From Amoebophrya sp. A120 (taxonomy: Eukaryota > Protista > Dinoflagellata), in contig CAJINV010000001.1 in the NCBI GenBank assembly GCA_905178155.1, forward strand, positions 1,290,606 to 1,354,605: a stretch of DNA of 64,000 nucleotides. The letters are read 5' to 3'. Below, one piece after another: positions 49,101 through 61,887 of this stretch. The stretch's first letter is position 1. Each line of letters begins with the position of its first letter. The notes below the pieces were generated by a model, which did not search any database, was not told where the DNA came from, and saw nothing but the letters and a program-made list of their open reading frames with translations. A program made the translations under genes and the position numbers.

Positions 49101-50751
49101 ACGGATGTTTGGCGGCACGCGCTGGACATCAGCTTTGACGCGGTGGACGCGCTGGCCGAGTTTATCGAGCACGGGAAAGTGGTCGTCACCTCCTACGAGC
49201 AGCTGTGCGACTGGTACTACTACCTGGCGCCCGCCAACTGGGAGCGGGTCTTCGCGTTTTGGAGTCTCTACTGCGAACACATGGAAGAGAAAAAGGTGGC
49301 TGGAGATGTTACTGGTACTGGTTCTCCAACCGCATCAAATACTTGGTCCTCCTCCGGTAATATTTCCTCCACGCCACCGTTGCTCCGGAAACCCAGACCC
49401 CGCGTTAGCATGAGCGCCGCGAGATTCTCGGGGAAGAACCACCCGATGCTTCTGTCGCACTACTCCCCAGAAATGGATGTTTCCATCTGGAGCCCGAGTG
49501 GAAATAGTAAAACTAGCGTCGGCGGGATGATGAACGCTAAAAATGGCGAAAATGCAGACCAGAAAGACCACGCTGGTCGAGCATCTTCTGGGACTACTGG
49601 AACAAGCATCAATCAAGATAGTGACCGACTCTCTTTGTCGCCCTCGACGCCGTCGCGAGAAGCCGCCGCCCAGCAGAAGCTGCAGAATTTGCCCACAACA
49701 CCTGAGCAGTTCACTCTCACTTCACCAAACGGTAATCATGTGTCTCTGACGAAGAGTGACGCGGAAGTGCAGATGAAATTGAAAACAAGACGCGAAGTAG
49801 GAGGCAACATTGCGATGAACAGGACCAGTAAAGATCTTCACTACCTCGTCCACCAGCCGCCAATTTTCGAGGAGAAGTGGTTTTGGGAGGAGGAAAAGCA
49901 GGCTTTTCCGGCTTCCTGGTATCAAATGCAAATATCCCTGGATGTCTGGAAGGATGCAACTTGTGATGCTGCGTCTGGATTCTACAAAAATCTGTATTGC
50001 ATGAAAAGCAAAGAAAAGAGGTCCAGTTTTTGCCACGCCGAGAGGGCATTTCTCATGCGGTATGAGCATCAGAAAGCCCTCGCTAAATCTCTGATGCTAG
50101 GGCATGCATCACAGACCTCATGGGTCATGCAAAATCTGCATGACAAACTCCTGCATTCTTCCAGCCCCAGACATTTTTGCAATCCATACCTGGGCGAGAG
50201 TAACGAAAACGGAGGACCCGGTAGAGCCGGAGGAACGGCATGAAGAAGGAGGACAACCACTGCATAATACATCTCCCGCCGAGGACCTGTATCGGGCGAG
50301 TTTCGTCAGTTCCCAGTATGATCGGCCGTCCAATATCGCGATCGACTTTGGCGTATCAAATGCAAAAATGTCTGGGTCTGGAAGAATGCCAGACTTGTCA
50401 TGCAGGTCTTCCATGACCCATGAGGTCTGGTATGTAGGACATAGCATGACAGATTCTGTGAGAGTTCTATGATGCCTATCCTGCATGAGAAACTGCCTCT
50501 CGATTAGGTCAAAAGTGGACAGCTTTTGGTAATGATGCAACACAGATTTTTACATGATTCAGAGTTAGCATGACAACCTGCTTTGTTCCAGACCCAGACG
50601 CATTTGCATTTGATATGGCGGCCGCCCGTCGGACGCTTCGAGGACGGATGATTTTTTTGCAAACGCGTACCTGCACTCCTCAGACTACTTGCTGCCGGGC
50701 CGGAGGAATTCCGAGCCGGACGATTTTCCCCGACCGGTCACTGAAGTTTGA
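46178..50751 (+). CDS. Ankyrin-repeat-like protein, multi-exon
   Basis: Ankyrin-like motifs GHALIHLLA, FTALHSAALKGNAKAV, ESPLWIAIQYGRTEVVRALLQCG, GESPLRVAEHLGFSEIATLL; in frame across four introners. Confidence 0.75.
47063..47288. mobile_element. Introner family G
   Basis: Direct repeat GGCCC. Confidence 0.92.
47362..47682. mobile_element. Introner family D
   Basis: Direct repeat AACGC. Confidence 0.92.
49920..50188. mobile_element. Introner family A
   Basis: Direct repeat CCTGG. Confidence 0.92.
50354..50615. mobile_element. Introner family A (reverse orientation)
   Basis: Direct repeat TGGCG. Confidence 0.92.
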
Positions 50752-51364
50752 GTTTTTTTGTAAAATGTTGAGAAATTGTACGTGCTAAAACTAACCCCAA
50801 CGGTGATAGTGCTACTCTAGCTGCGCACCTGCACAACAACAATTTGCGAGTTGCTCTCGTAGCATGGATTTGCGTTTCTTTTGGCAGAACAAACTTGATG
50901 GAATGAATTTTATGCACCTTGCCACATCTTCTTTTCGTGTATGATTGATGCTCATTTTGTTTCGACATTTGCTTGTATTTTGAAAAATCAATGCACTTCT
51001 GCATGCGCATGAACAGTCACGTCATTTTTTTGTGGTCTTTGCAACGTCACTTAGTGCTGCCAGCTGCAGCCGTCTTCACACATAAATCATAGAAAAATTT
51101 ACGTTACCATTTCCAAGAAGAAGTAAGCCACATAGAAATTCTTTCCATGAACGCGGTGCCGCCGGTAAGCTAGCTTCACCTGCTGGATCCTGCAGGACTT
51201 TCAACTATCGTCACAGTGTTAAAGTACTCTTCGCATTGGAAATAAATCTATCTTGCAACTAGGCTATGACTGTGTGTCCCCTTTTAGTCCTCTTCGGTAA
51301 GACTCGGTCCAATGTCTCTTGTCGTGCCTTACGATCACCAAGATAGAATGACAAGCGGTCGTTA

Positions 51365-54300
51365 ATGTCGTATTCAGAAGAAATAGACCCGGCTGGAATA
51401 AACGAAAGTTCTTCTAAATCACCGATCACAGAACTTCAATTTTTTGTCGTTTTGAAGAGCAAGCCTTTGACGAGACCGCAGACCCGGGAACGAAGATTCA
51501 CACACAACGAACCAACTAGAATGAGTTCATCTTTGCATCAGCCTTCCAGTTCCTCCTCCTCCTCAACATCCAGGCTGCCACTTCCTGCGGACGACGAGCA
51601 CGGCAACGAGCGACAAGAAGAACCGCACCAGCATGCAAGGTTCACCTCCCGCTCGCGGCCCGAGCGGCTGCTTGGTGGGGACAACTCTGATGAGGAGGAT
51701 ATTACCATGAATTTTGGGATGAACAGAAACACGCTGCTCGCGGGAGCTGCACCTGGTGGACCGCAATCCTCGGCCAGCAGCGTCGTTGGGAAGGACAGCT
51801 ACCTGAACGACGAAGACGAGGAGGAGGAGGACTTTGACGCGACAGACTGGAACAATTACGCCTTTCAAGAGCAGCAGCAGCAAATTATGTGGTCCTCTTC
51901 TGAGGACTCGGACGATCTGGAAAGTTACGATAGCGACGCCTCCCTGGAGTTTGCGCTTCTCGACAAGCAAAAATCGTTTATCAGCAAGCCCGCGGAATAC
52001 ATCGCGAATTACGTCGTCGACCTCCCCGGAGGGACGTCGGCGCGGCCCGTTAAGCTGAAGATGAAAAAAAACATGCGCTGGGTCAAAACGAAGCCGCACA
52101 AGTGCTGCCCCAGGGTGGTCATCGGGTATGTTTTGGGGGGTGTTTCGATGGTGTTGTCCGCGTATTTTGGCCTGTATCTGGACCGGCTGTTCTTTCTCGA
52201 CGGGGACGTTTATTCGGAGCAGTTTTTCGGAGAAGCGGTTGTAGAACTAGTACCTGAAGAGATCACGATGACCTCCACAAAATTTGCTAGTACAGAGAGC
52301 AGGGATAGAACCATTTCAAGTTCTGGTGCGCTTCTGGGCAGCAACATTAATTTGAGCAATGAACGCAGAAACGAGAGGACCGAAGAACCGCGTGCGCAGG
52401 CGTTTCCTGGCCATGGTCTTGTGCGGAGAACTGCAGAGAAACTGTCCGACCTTCTGTCATTCGTGTGGAAGAAAACTTTCGGTGGGAACAAGATGAGTAC
52501 AACGACCGTCGTGCTACAACGTGCAGCATCACCCAAGGAGAAGAAGATTCGCTTTCTTCTCCGCAGCTTCACCGTGAAAACGCCCGCGCGCACGAAGCGC
52601 GATTGGCTCGCCCAACTGGGAATGGACAAGGTCAAGGAGCTTCTGCTTTCAAAGGGCCCACTGGGAATACTACGACGGAGTACAACTATTCCGATGTTGC
52701 CCGTCACGACGTCGCTCCTGCCCAGGTCGGATTTTTTCGTACGGACCGCTACTGAAGAGCAACAGCGCCGTGATTTTTACAGCGAGATAGAAAATGTTGA
52801 ACAACGTCGCGGGCAAATAATAAAACAAGCGGAAATGTCGGTGGTAAAAGATGCAGAGCCGATTGCTGGTGCACAGCAACAAGACCAACATCTTCGCACT
52901 CCTTCGAAAAAACCTCCACGACGGTATCATGCAAACAATCCAAACCAAGACCAACCAATGGATGAGTTTCCTGACCTGCAGCTCCCAGCGCGCAGCCGCG
53001 AACGGCGTGGGACGGGGACGACCATGACTGTAGCTGTATCAAATGCAAAAATGTCTGGGTCTGGAAGGTCACAACTTGTGATGTTGTCTGTGGATTCTAA
53101 AAAAATTTGTATTGCATGACCTGCAAGAGGTGTCGGGTTTGTCCTACGCGGAGAGGGCATTTCTCATGCGGTAGAGGTATCACAAAGCCCTCTAAAAATC
53201 TGTGATGCTACGGCATGTATTACAGACATCATGGCTCATGGAAAATATGCATGACAAATCTCCCAATCTTCCAGACCTAGATGTTTTTGCATTTGATAAC
53301 CTGCAGGTGCTGCCAACTACCGCGAGTCCAGCGCGGCGTCGAGTGCGACCAGCGTGGTTCGTATGAAATGCAAAAATGTCTGGGTCTGGAAACTTGTGAT
53401 GCAAGTCAGTCAATAACAAACGCACTCTAATGCGCCACCAAGCATGACAAGTTGCTTCGTGCTTCTGTGCTGCGTATTCCGCATGAGAAACTGCGTTTTT
53501 GCATCACAGGCGAGAGAGGCAGCTATTTGTGGCCACGCAATATAGAACTAAGGACCATGCCAGATCAGCATGACAAATCTCGCAATCTTTCAGACCCAGA
53601 CATATTTGCATTTGATAGCTCGTCGAGGCAGGTGGAGCGCGCCAACGACGGCCAGGGTGATGGTACCACAACAACAACCCGCGGGGGCACCCGCGTGGCG
53701 CCATTTGGACCGCACGCGCTCGCCGGCTTTGCCGAGAAGAAGTCTGCTACCCCCGCCGGATTCGCTTGGGAACAGGAATACCAGTACCAACAACACGACC
53801 GGGGTCGCGCCTTACCTTCCCCGCAGAGCAACTGTGCTTGATGTTGTCCCTCCGCGAAGAACCAGTGATCCAGGCGACAATCTTGATTCGGGCGGTGTTG
53901 GCAAGAATCCAGCTTCAGCTGCTCCAGTGTCAAATTCTATTCCCCGTGCAGCAGGTGGCCGTCCGTACTCGTCGGTCGAACAGCCTCTCTTTCAGTTCAC
54001 TGTGCAGTGGCACTACCTGCAATCTCCGGTTGAAGACGAAGACGAGGAAGAGAGCAGTGCAAGAAGTGCCGTCTTCACTTCGGAGCAAGCAGCATCAAGG
54101 GAAGAGGAACAACAAACGGCTCATCTGGACCGCGACGCAGGGTCAGCGTCAAACAGCGAGTCGTCAGCATCCACTTCAGCGCCCCCCGCGGCACGGGTGT
54201 TCTCCTTCGAGTTGGGGAGCCGGATCGAGAAGCTGCTCGTCGAAAGACTGGAAGAGAGCGCGGAGGAAGTTGTGAGTGGTACAAACAAGGCGCAGCCGGT

Positions 54301-57300
54301 GGTCGACGAAAAACTTGATGTTGAGCACGCATCGGAACATGAAGGGGGCGAAATATTAAAGCGTCAGTGGGCACCCATGATGTACTGCGGGTTTGAGGAC
54401 CGGGTACTGTTGACGCATCAGCAACCACAAGACGTCGATGTTGAACTACAACCCGGAGAAGTTGTTGCCTCTAGTACTACAACGGAAAATGTTTTCCGCG
54501 ACATGGGCTGCGTTTTGATTCTCGCACGGCTGAAGACGGAGTTTTCGCCCCACCCCGTGCTCACCGAACCGGAGTTGGCGACGTTCGAGATGGGCTTGGA
54601 GAAGCTCGTCTCGCACAACCCGCTCTTTTTCTATGGAACCACGCCTGATGCAGAGCACGTGCAGTTTTTCCCAGGAGCCGGGGACAAGAGTAAAGGGAAT
54701 GGACGCGTAGTTCCTGCTGCTGTTGAGAGTACGTCAGCTGGCGATAGTACAACGAACGTGTCAAAATTGAAGCGGAGGCGACGCTCCTCTTCGGCTGCAG
54801 GAAACCGCGAACGACAAAACGACCCCTCAGCGGCCGCGAGTGAAAAAAGTTGTCGTGCACATCAAAACGGCGCTGCTAGACCATCTTCGTCCGTGACTGC
54901 ACACGAAGATCGTGCGGGTGGAACTAAAAGCGAAGAATTTTGTTCTACTTCCGTCGGCGATCACCGGGAGAGCGCGGGGACAGTCTCGTCGTCCAGGGCT
55001 GGTACAATTACAGAGGAGGACCATGCAAGAGAAGATAGGACAAGAACTACCCGCTCCTCGCGCTCGGGACTGCACTTATCTTCTGACGTCAAAAATGAAA
55101 GGGGCGAAGATCATGACGATCCGGTGGGAGGACCACAGGCTGCTGCACCCGCGGCTCTGGAGTCCATTGTCGAGGAGCAACCTCCGCCGGCCCCTGTTGC
55201 ACCACCACTACCCTTTCACCACCCCTTCTTCGCCTGGGGCCCCCTGCATCCGTTCACGCTCTCGCGCCATTTGCAGAACAGCGTGAGATTGTCCCAGTTA
55301 GAGGCATCAAACAGGACCGTTTGTGAGGCTGCAAAAAACGATAAGGCGAAACAGGCTGTGGAAGTAGTAGGGGGACGAGAGAACCACGCAGCTGCTGTGT
55401 TCTTGCAATCGTCGATGACAGGAGGTACTAGCGGGTCGAACTCCGTTCTTGTAGTGCCACCCGATCACTCACATTCTCCTGCAGATGATCTTCGTCTACA
55501 ACAACATTCCGCAAAAACAGCTGGCCCCGACAGCGTCAAATCGAATGCGACCTTATCATGCTCCGGTGCGGTTGTAGGTGCAGAAGCCTCGGGAACAACG
55601 TCAGCACGACTCGGTGAATCAACGGGAGAACCACGCGAGGCTCTTGCAGAGAAAAGGCATCCTCCAGAACAAAAATCAGAAGAGGGACTGGATTATTCTA
55701 TTGGTCATGGCGGAACAAGAGCTGCGGCAGAGGTACCCGCTGACCGACTGTCTTCGAGAATTGTCACAGAAACCGAAGTTCTGCGTCTAAAACCGGTAAC
55801 GACACTAAACGCGCTCGCCGGACAGGTGCTTGACCAAAACAGCCGCGCATCTAGAGCTGCAGGGCCGAGGGTAGCAGGAGCCTCGGCTGTTGTGCAGCCA
55901 GGTCCTCAAGCTACTTCCATGCCCTCGAATAACCCGCACGATCTTCAAAGCAGGGCTGTACTAAAAACGGCGACGACCACAGCCACGTCCGATCCTAACA
56001 CCCCGAACCCGGCAGGTCTGCGATTCGCGAAACTGGTGGCCGACTTTTTTCGCACGTCGATCGCAGACAGATTACTCCTTCTCGGCGGGGATCTTCACGA
56101 CAAAACGCACTTTTACCTCGCACAGGGAAAGACAAAAATGTCCATTCGCGAAAGCTGTGTGCGCGACGATGAGGAGGAATTTGCGGACGATGTTGATCCG
56201 CTGCAGCACCCAGCGACCTCCACCTTGGACGCTGTTCCAGAGCATGGCTTACAACAGCGAGCGCAATCTACCACTTCCAGTGGCGTGCTTCCACAAGCCC
56301 AAGTGCATGGCACAGCAGCAACAGGATCGACATCTTCGGGAGGAGGTTCTTGCGCTGTTAATATCTCGGATGGAGGCGACCCAGAGATCGGGTACACCAC
56401 GCCGCAGGAGCTGGGGCATTTAGTGCGAGAGCGGTTCATGGAGTTGCTGTCGAAAGTAACGGCGCAGAATGATCGGCAAAATGCGGTTACAGGTGGCCAA
56501 CAAGAAGGCGCATCGGAGAATGATCCGCTTTTGTTTAATGAGTTTTTCAACGCACCGCAGGCCAGGTGGCACATGATCAGCCAGAGAACCGTCGATAACG
56601 ATAGTAACGATGACCAAGGAATTCCTGCGATCGTGGTTTCTCGGTTGGTTGAGGCGCCTGCTCCTGTCCCTGCGGAATCTACTTCGGAAGCACTGCCTTC
56701 GGAAGCACGGCGGCAAAGTGAGGCAGAGCTGCGAGCACTTGGAGATGGTGCAGGGTGTGCAAGCAAAGCTGAGTCAGATGAGCGTGGCAGTTCCACCGTA
56801 GGACCGACAGCACCAGAAGGGCCAGGCATGATAGATTGCAGTACTCCTACAACTGCTTATCAACCCCCTCGCGTTCATCTTCAAGGAGCTTCAGTTCCTG
56901 GCTCAATGCGAGAGGAGCAGGCTAAAGAAGCGGAACAGGCCAGCGCCAGGGATCATGCAGTCGCAGAAGCTTTGCGGTTGCGCTCATCTGACCTGCCTGT
57001 TGTACGCCAAGTTGTAAATAAACAAGCGTCGAAAGCAGGAGGTGCAGCGACGCCCAGCTCTCAAATGAGGAGGCAACTTTCGCCTGCCAGCTCACCAGAA
57101 GAGGGACCCTCTTGTACTAGTTCTGAACTAGAAGACGAGGTCAGTGGTCCAGAAGACGTCTTTGAAGGTGTTGCTGGGAAGCATGATATTATTAACGTGG
57201 AGGCACCTGCAGCTCCAGTAGTATCTAGGTCGACGATGTTGAAAACGGCAGCAGGTCGAGTCGCGGATGAATCCCCGGCACACGAACAGCCATCCGATCC

Positions 57301-57544
57301 ACCTCCCGGGGCCCGTAAAAATCCACACCAATCAGGACGGGATAGTCCTTCGAGACCGATGAAAAATTCCGAAGCTCTGAATAGTCGAGGAGCTCCTGCT
57401 ATATCACCTCGATTTGTAGTACCACGACAAGCTGCACCACCGACGCCGCGGCCATCCGAGCACAACCGGGGAGATCCGGAAAACTTGCGGCGGGCAATAG
57501 ACTATTACAATCTCCAGGATGAAGACATGCGGCATATCGAATGA
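51365..57544 (+). CDS. Large hypothetical low-complexity protein (about 1900 aa) with one predicted TM segment
   Basis: ORF 51365-53119 and ORF 53570-57544 join in frame via a micro-exon between introners 53037 and 53362; TM-like VVIGYVLGGVSMVLSAYFGLYL. Start may be 51520. Confidence 0.72.
53037..53298. mobile_element. Introner family A
   Basis: Direct repeat AGCTG/ACCTG. Confidence 0.9.
53362..53617. mobile_element. Introner family A
   Basis: Direct repeat GTTCG/GCTCG. Confidence 0.9.
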
Positions 57545-58276
57545 GTAGAACAATTGGTATGAAATAAGTTCCGCTAGCTGCATTTGGCGGGCTCGGGCTG
57601 CCTTTTCTATTCTTGTCCTTACTTTCCCCTTTAATACGGAGCCGCGAGAGGCTTCCTTATTCACGACCTAGAGCTGCTTCATCCCGGTGGACGAAAATTA
57701 ATGAACTGTGACAACTGTAAGTTGGAGACGAAGATCTTCGTTTCATGGAAATGTACGCAAACTTTCTTTCTACACACACAATGTACACCACCATAAGTAT
57801 ACAATTAGATGGAGGCGATTTTCGTCAATGAAGGCTGGAACTTGTGCGAATGTGGGTGGTCACGAACTCATCTTTCATCTGCTCTCAAGCAGTGTGTCGA
57901 GAATCTTCTATGTTCTGCTCTACTTTTTAACAACTACAAATTCTTCCACGAGCGCTGTAAGAAGTCGTCGCGAAATCAAGTGCAACAAGCAAAGGAAATG
58001 GCGGAGTTTGTGTAATACTCGTATGTATTGGCTCTTCTGGGAGCGTGAACGTGAGGCATTCAGGCTCTTGGTGAAGAAAAGTCAAAGGGCTGCTGACCAG
58101 TAGGGAGCGGAAGGAAATAATTTAGAGAACGTTGATGGAGAAAATCTTATGGGGACAAAAAGAAAGAACCGCGCAGCGATCTACTTTTGAAGGCAATGAA
58201 TCTACTCGCAGCGGACTTCGCAGAGCCACCTTAGCACGGGACCTGCACCTCCCACCTTCGCAAGTCCAATCACAAG

Positions 58277-61146
58277 ATGGCGATCCCTGCCCTGCTCGAG
58301 GTTGAGATTCTCGAGGGGTCGGGGTTTAAACACGAGGGCTCGCACATGGTGGAGGCCAGAGTCGATGGCTTTCCGCCGCAGAGGACCGAGTGGGCGACGG
58401 ACGATGATTACGCGTTCTTTTCCGGCGGAAGAACCGGAAAACGGTTTCTCAGCAGCGGTCCCCATGGCTGCATGCAGTTCAACAACGTCGTGTATCTGCA
58501 ACAGATGGACCGGTTTGTCTACTTCACTTTGATTCACAAACGCATGTTTTCCGACCACAAGCGGTGTGGCGAGGCGTTCGTGAAGCTAGCCGCGCCCGTC
58601 GAGAAGAGCGTGTCGACGGCGAAGCTTTTCACCGTCGCGTTGGAGCACAAAATGCGGTTCGCTGGGTCGCTACAGGTGCGGATTTCCTACAGCTACCTCT
58701 CGCGGAACGGGCAGGCGCCGCGGATCGAGCGCCCGACAGGAGGAGCAGCGTATGCGAGTGCAAGAACAACTACTACATCCAGAGTCGGAGCATCTACATC
58801 AATGGCAGCCCCGCCGCGCGCTGGCACAACTTATGCGCCTCGTGCGGACGGGAGGGTTCTCTCCGAGGAGGAGGCGACCCGGCGGGAAATCGAGAAGGCT
58901 TTGCGCGCGGACGGCGGAGATTTGAGCGCGCAGGCAGCGATGCTGAACCAGTTTGAGCAGCGGAAGCAAGCCTCCTCGCCCTCCGCCTCCTACCATGCCT
59001 CCAGTCCCAGCAGTCATGGTAGGGGCTCGCCGGCGTCCAGCCCCGGAGGCAGTTCGCCCGGCACCACCAGCCCGGCGATGAGTCCGCAAATGGGAACAAA
59101 TGTCGAACAAAGAGCCAGGCCACGAGGGCCACCACCGCGTGATGTAGCGGCAAGTGGTCCTAAGAGCACCTCGTCCTCATCCCGCGTGCACTATGTCCAC
59201 GAGCCCCCGCCAACGCCACCGGACAGTCCCTTTCGCGGTCCGGGCTTCAGCAGCGCTGGTAGCTCGCCCGTACCGCCGTCGGCTGGTGGTCGTGTGCAAC
59301 CGAATGGAAGTAGCCGTCATGATCAGCAGTCCTCTTCGACTTCCGGCCGGCGAGGAGAACCGCCGCCGAGCAACTATGGCAGCAGCAGTACTAGCAACGC
59401 GCACACGAATTATAGTACAACTAGTAGACCACAAGGCGCCACGAGTACAACTTCTAGTGCGGCAGCAGCTTCTAAAGGCAGACCACCCAACACTGCATCA
59501 GCAAGCGCCCCCGCGGGTGCGACGAGGCGCGCGACGGACCCAAGACCCGACCCCCGCCCGAAGAGCACCGGTGGTGGCCCTACAAGTGCCTCGGCGGGTG
59601 CGAAGTCAAATGATAACCATCAATCGCAGCCGCCGCCGAAGTATGAATTGCAAAAGCATCCGCATCGTACTCAGTAAAGATCGCATGACAAATTGGCTCA
59701 GTATGAGAAACGAAATTTGTCACGCGAACTCACCTCAAGAAGGCGATCGAAATTTGTAAATGCATGATTGTGATTTTTACGCGATACTTTTGCACAGGAT
59801 ACGAAGAAGAAAGCCGCGCCGCCACCGCCGGAGCCGGAGATTGACCCGGAGGAAGCGATATGCACTCCGCAAATATTTATAATGTCGGGGTTTGGAAAGT
59901 TCGACTTCGAACTTGTGATGCTGGTCTTACTTTCCTGCGAAATCTGTATTGCATAACAAAAGCCGCAGCCTCTTTTGTCATGCAAAAACGCACTTTCTGT
60001 TTGTGTTTCTCATGCGAGCTGCGTATGCGAAAGCGTTCTCGAGGACGAAAGTGGTCATGCTTGGCTTCATTCGGAAGCGTTTCCACCATCGTTCACATTT
60101 TAGCATCACAAGTATTTCCAGACCGCCCAGATTGATGATTTGCCCTGCATAAGCGAAGCGAGAAAAAGAGCTGGAGGAGAAGAGGAAGGAGATCAAAATG
60201 CAAGCCAGGGCGAGCCAGCTGGCGAAAGTGCGGGCCATGAGCGACACCTCGTCTCCGTCGCCCGCGACGAAGTCACCGTCACCAGTGTCCCCGGTGCAGC
60301 GGCGGGTCATCGTAGAGAAGGTGCGCAGCCCGGACACAGTGGGGGCCGCGTCATCATCGGTGACCGCAAGCCCGTCCGGGAAAGACGTAAGTAGTCCCGA
60401 CGTGTCCGCATCTGGCAGTCCCAGCGCTGCGGCCGGGGGTGCGACGACGCCGGCGAAGGCCGCGTCGAGTATTGATCCGAATATGAAAGCGAGCAGTGCT
60501 GGGGTGAACAAGAAAAACAGCGAAGCTGCTGGTGGTGATGGAGCGAAAGAACCGCAACAACAGCCCGCACCGGACGACGAAACTGCAACAGGAACAACAC
60601 ATCAATTTAGGTCGGCCGCTTCGAAACAAGCCAGCGCCCCCGCCACGGCTTCATCATCATCTGGGCTACCAAGAAGTAAAGCGTCAGCTGCGTCCGCCAC
60701 CACCCCTCCTCCCGCAGTGGTTTCAACGGCACCAGCAACAACTGGTGCTCGCGATCCGTTTGACTTTGAGGTGCCGAGCGAGAAGGGCGAGCGCTTGCGC
60801 AAATTCCTCCATTATCCACGAAAAGAACGTTGTTAGTGTAAATTTGTGATTCGCAACATGCAAGATGATTGCGTCCGTCATGCTTGGCATCCATTGTAGG
60901 GTCCATCAAAGGGCGTTTTCACGACGTACTATCTGCGCATGACAGGTTTTTGCTGTCATGCCAGACAGATATGCTGTTCCTCCAAAAAAGTTACAATGTT
61001 TTTTTTTCTTGGATATCCATACGAAGAGGAACAGTACGAGCACTCGTGGTCCTGTTGCAGGACCTGCTGCCAACAATCCCTACAACGACGCAGTTTACGG
61101 ACACGGGCAGATGATGGCCCCGAAGACAGAACGCTTTATGGAATAG
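58277..61146 (+). CDS. C2-domain protein with S/P-rich tail (3' end uncertain)
   Basis: LLEVEILEGSGFK..FTLIHKRMFSDHKRCGEAFVKL..AGSLQVRISY is C2-like; in frame across introners 59642, 59859 and 60813. Confidence 0.7.
59642..59801. mobile_element. Introner family B
   Basis: Direct repeat CGAAG. Confidence 0.9.
59859..60151. mobile_element. Diverged A-like introner
   Basis: TATGCA..TGCATA tips, direct repeat AGCGA. Confidence 0.85.
60813..61015. mobile_element. Introner family K (TIR TATCCA.GAAAA.AAC.TTGT)
   Basis: Direct repeat TCCAT; joins KFLH-TKRNS. Confidence 0.88.
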
Positions 61147-61773
61147 GGAATAGGGAGAGATAGGGAGAGTAGGGAGATAGGGAGAGTCCCCCTAAAAGGG
61201 GGCAGCAAAAACAAAACCAAACTGATCGCAAACAGCATGGCACGGCCACGACAACATCTTTCGAAATCTGGGGTGGAAATGCTTCCGAGTACCCCCCTCC
61301 TCGGCGGCTCCTCCCGGGGTCGGGGAGGCGCGGAACCTTCCCTGAGGGGATTTATCCTCTTGCGGGCCCGTAAGGCTCAGGTCTTGCTCATCAGCTGGCG
61401 AAGGCGGAAAGGTAAAGTGGCCATTTCAAATTTCCTTCGATGAGGGAAAGTTGAAGTGGCCATTTCAAATTTTCCTCGATGGGGAAAGTTGAAATGGGCA
61501 ACTCGATTTTCCTTCGATGAGGGAAAGTTGAAGTGGCCACTTCAAATTTCCTTCGATGATTCAACGGGCGCGCGGTGCTCGTTCGCCTTCGAATCGATGC
61601 AACGCGCGCGCGTGCATGAATGCGCGCGCGAAATTTTTTTTGGTTCTACGGCTTACCAAAACGGAGCATACCATCGCGATTCAAGGGGAATTAGGTTTAC
61701 CACGGCTCTCCCTATTGACCTATTCTCCCTATTCCGCTCTCCCTATTCCCTCGATTCACTACAGTCATATATA
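61131..61773. mobile_element. Foldback-like insert between 60-bp direct repeats
   Basis: (TAGGGAGA)n near the left end, (TCTCCCTA)n near the right end; internal ~39-bp tandem unit GTGGCCATTTCAAATTTCCTTCGATGAGGGAAAGTTGAA at about 61417-61560. Confidence 0.65.
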
Positions 61774-61887
61774 CAACAATCCCTACAACGACGCAGTTTA
61801 CGGACACGGGCAGATGATGGCCCCGAAGACAGACCAAGCAGTTAATCTATATACTATAGGGGCAAGAAATGTACTTGCTCCTCCCAA

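Noticed and set aside
14-53933. Many short ORFs with recurring peptides ([32 protein letters not shown])
   Set aside because: They are translations of the family A TIR in different frames, not a protein family.
55-61015. CRISPR-like or bacterial REP/IS interpretation of the repeats
   Set aside because: Repeats are paired inverted ends dispersed in eukaryotic exons; there is no regular repeat-spacer array and no cas or transposase gene was recognised.
61142-61190. TAGGG repeats as telomeric sequence
   Set aside because: Units are TAGGGAGA-like rather than TTAGGG/TTTAGGG and pair with an inverted copy at about 61705-61750, so better explained as element ends.
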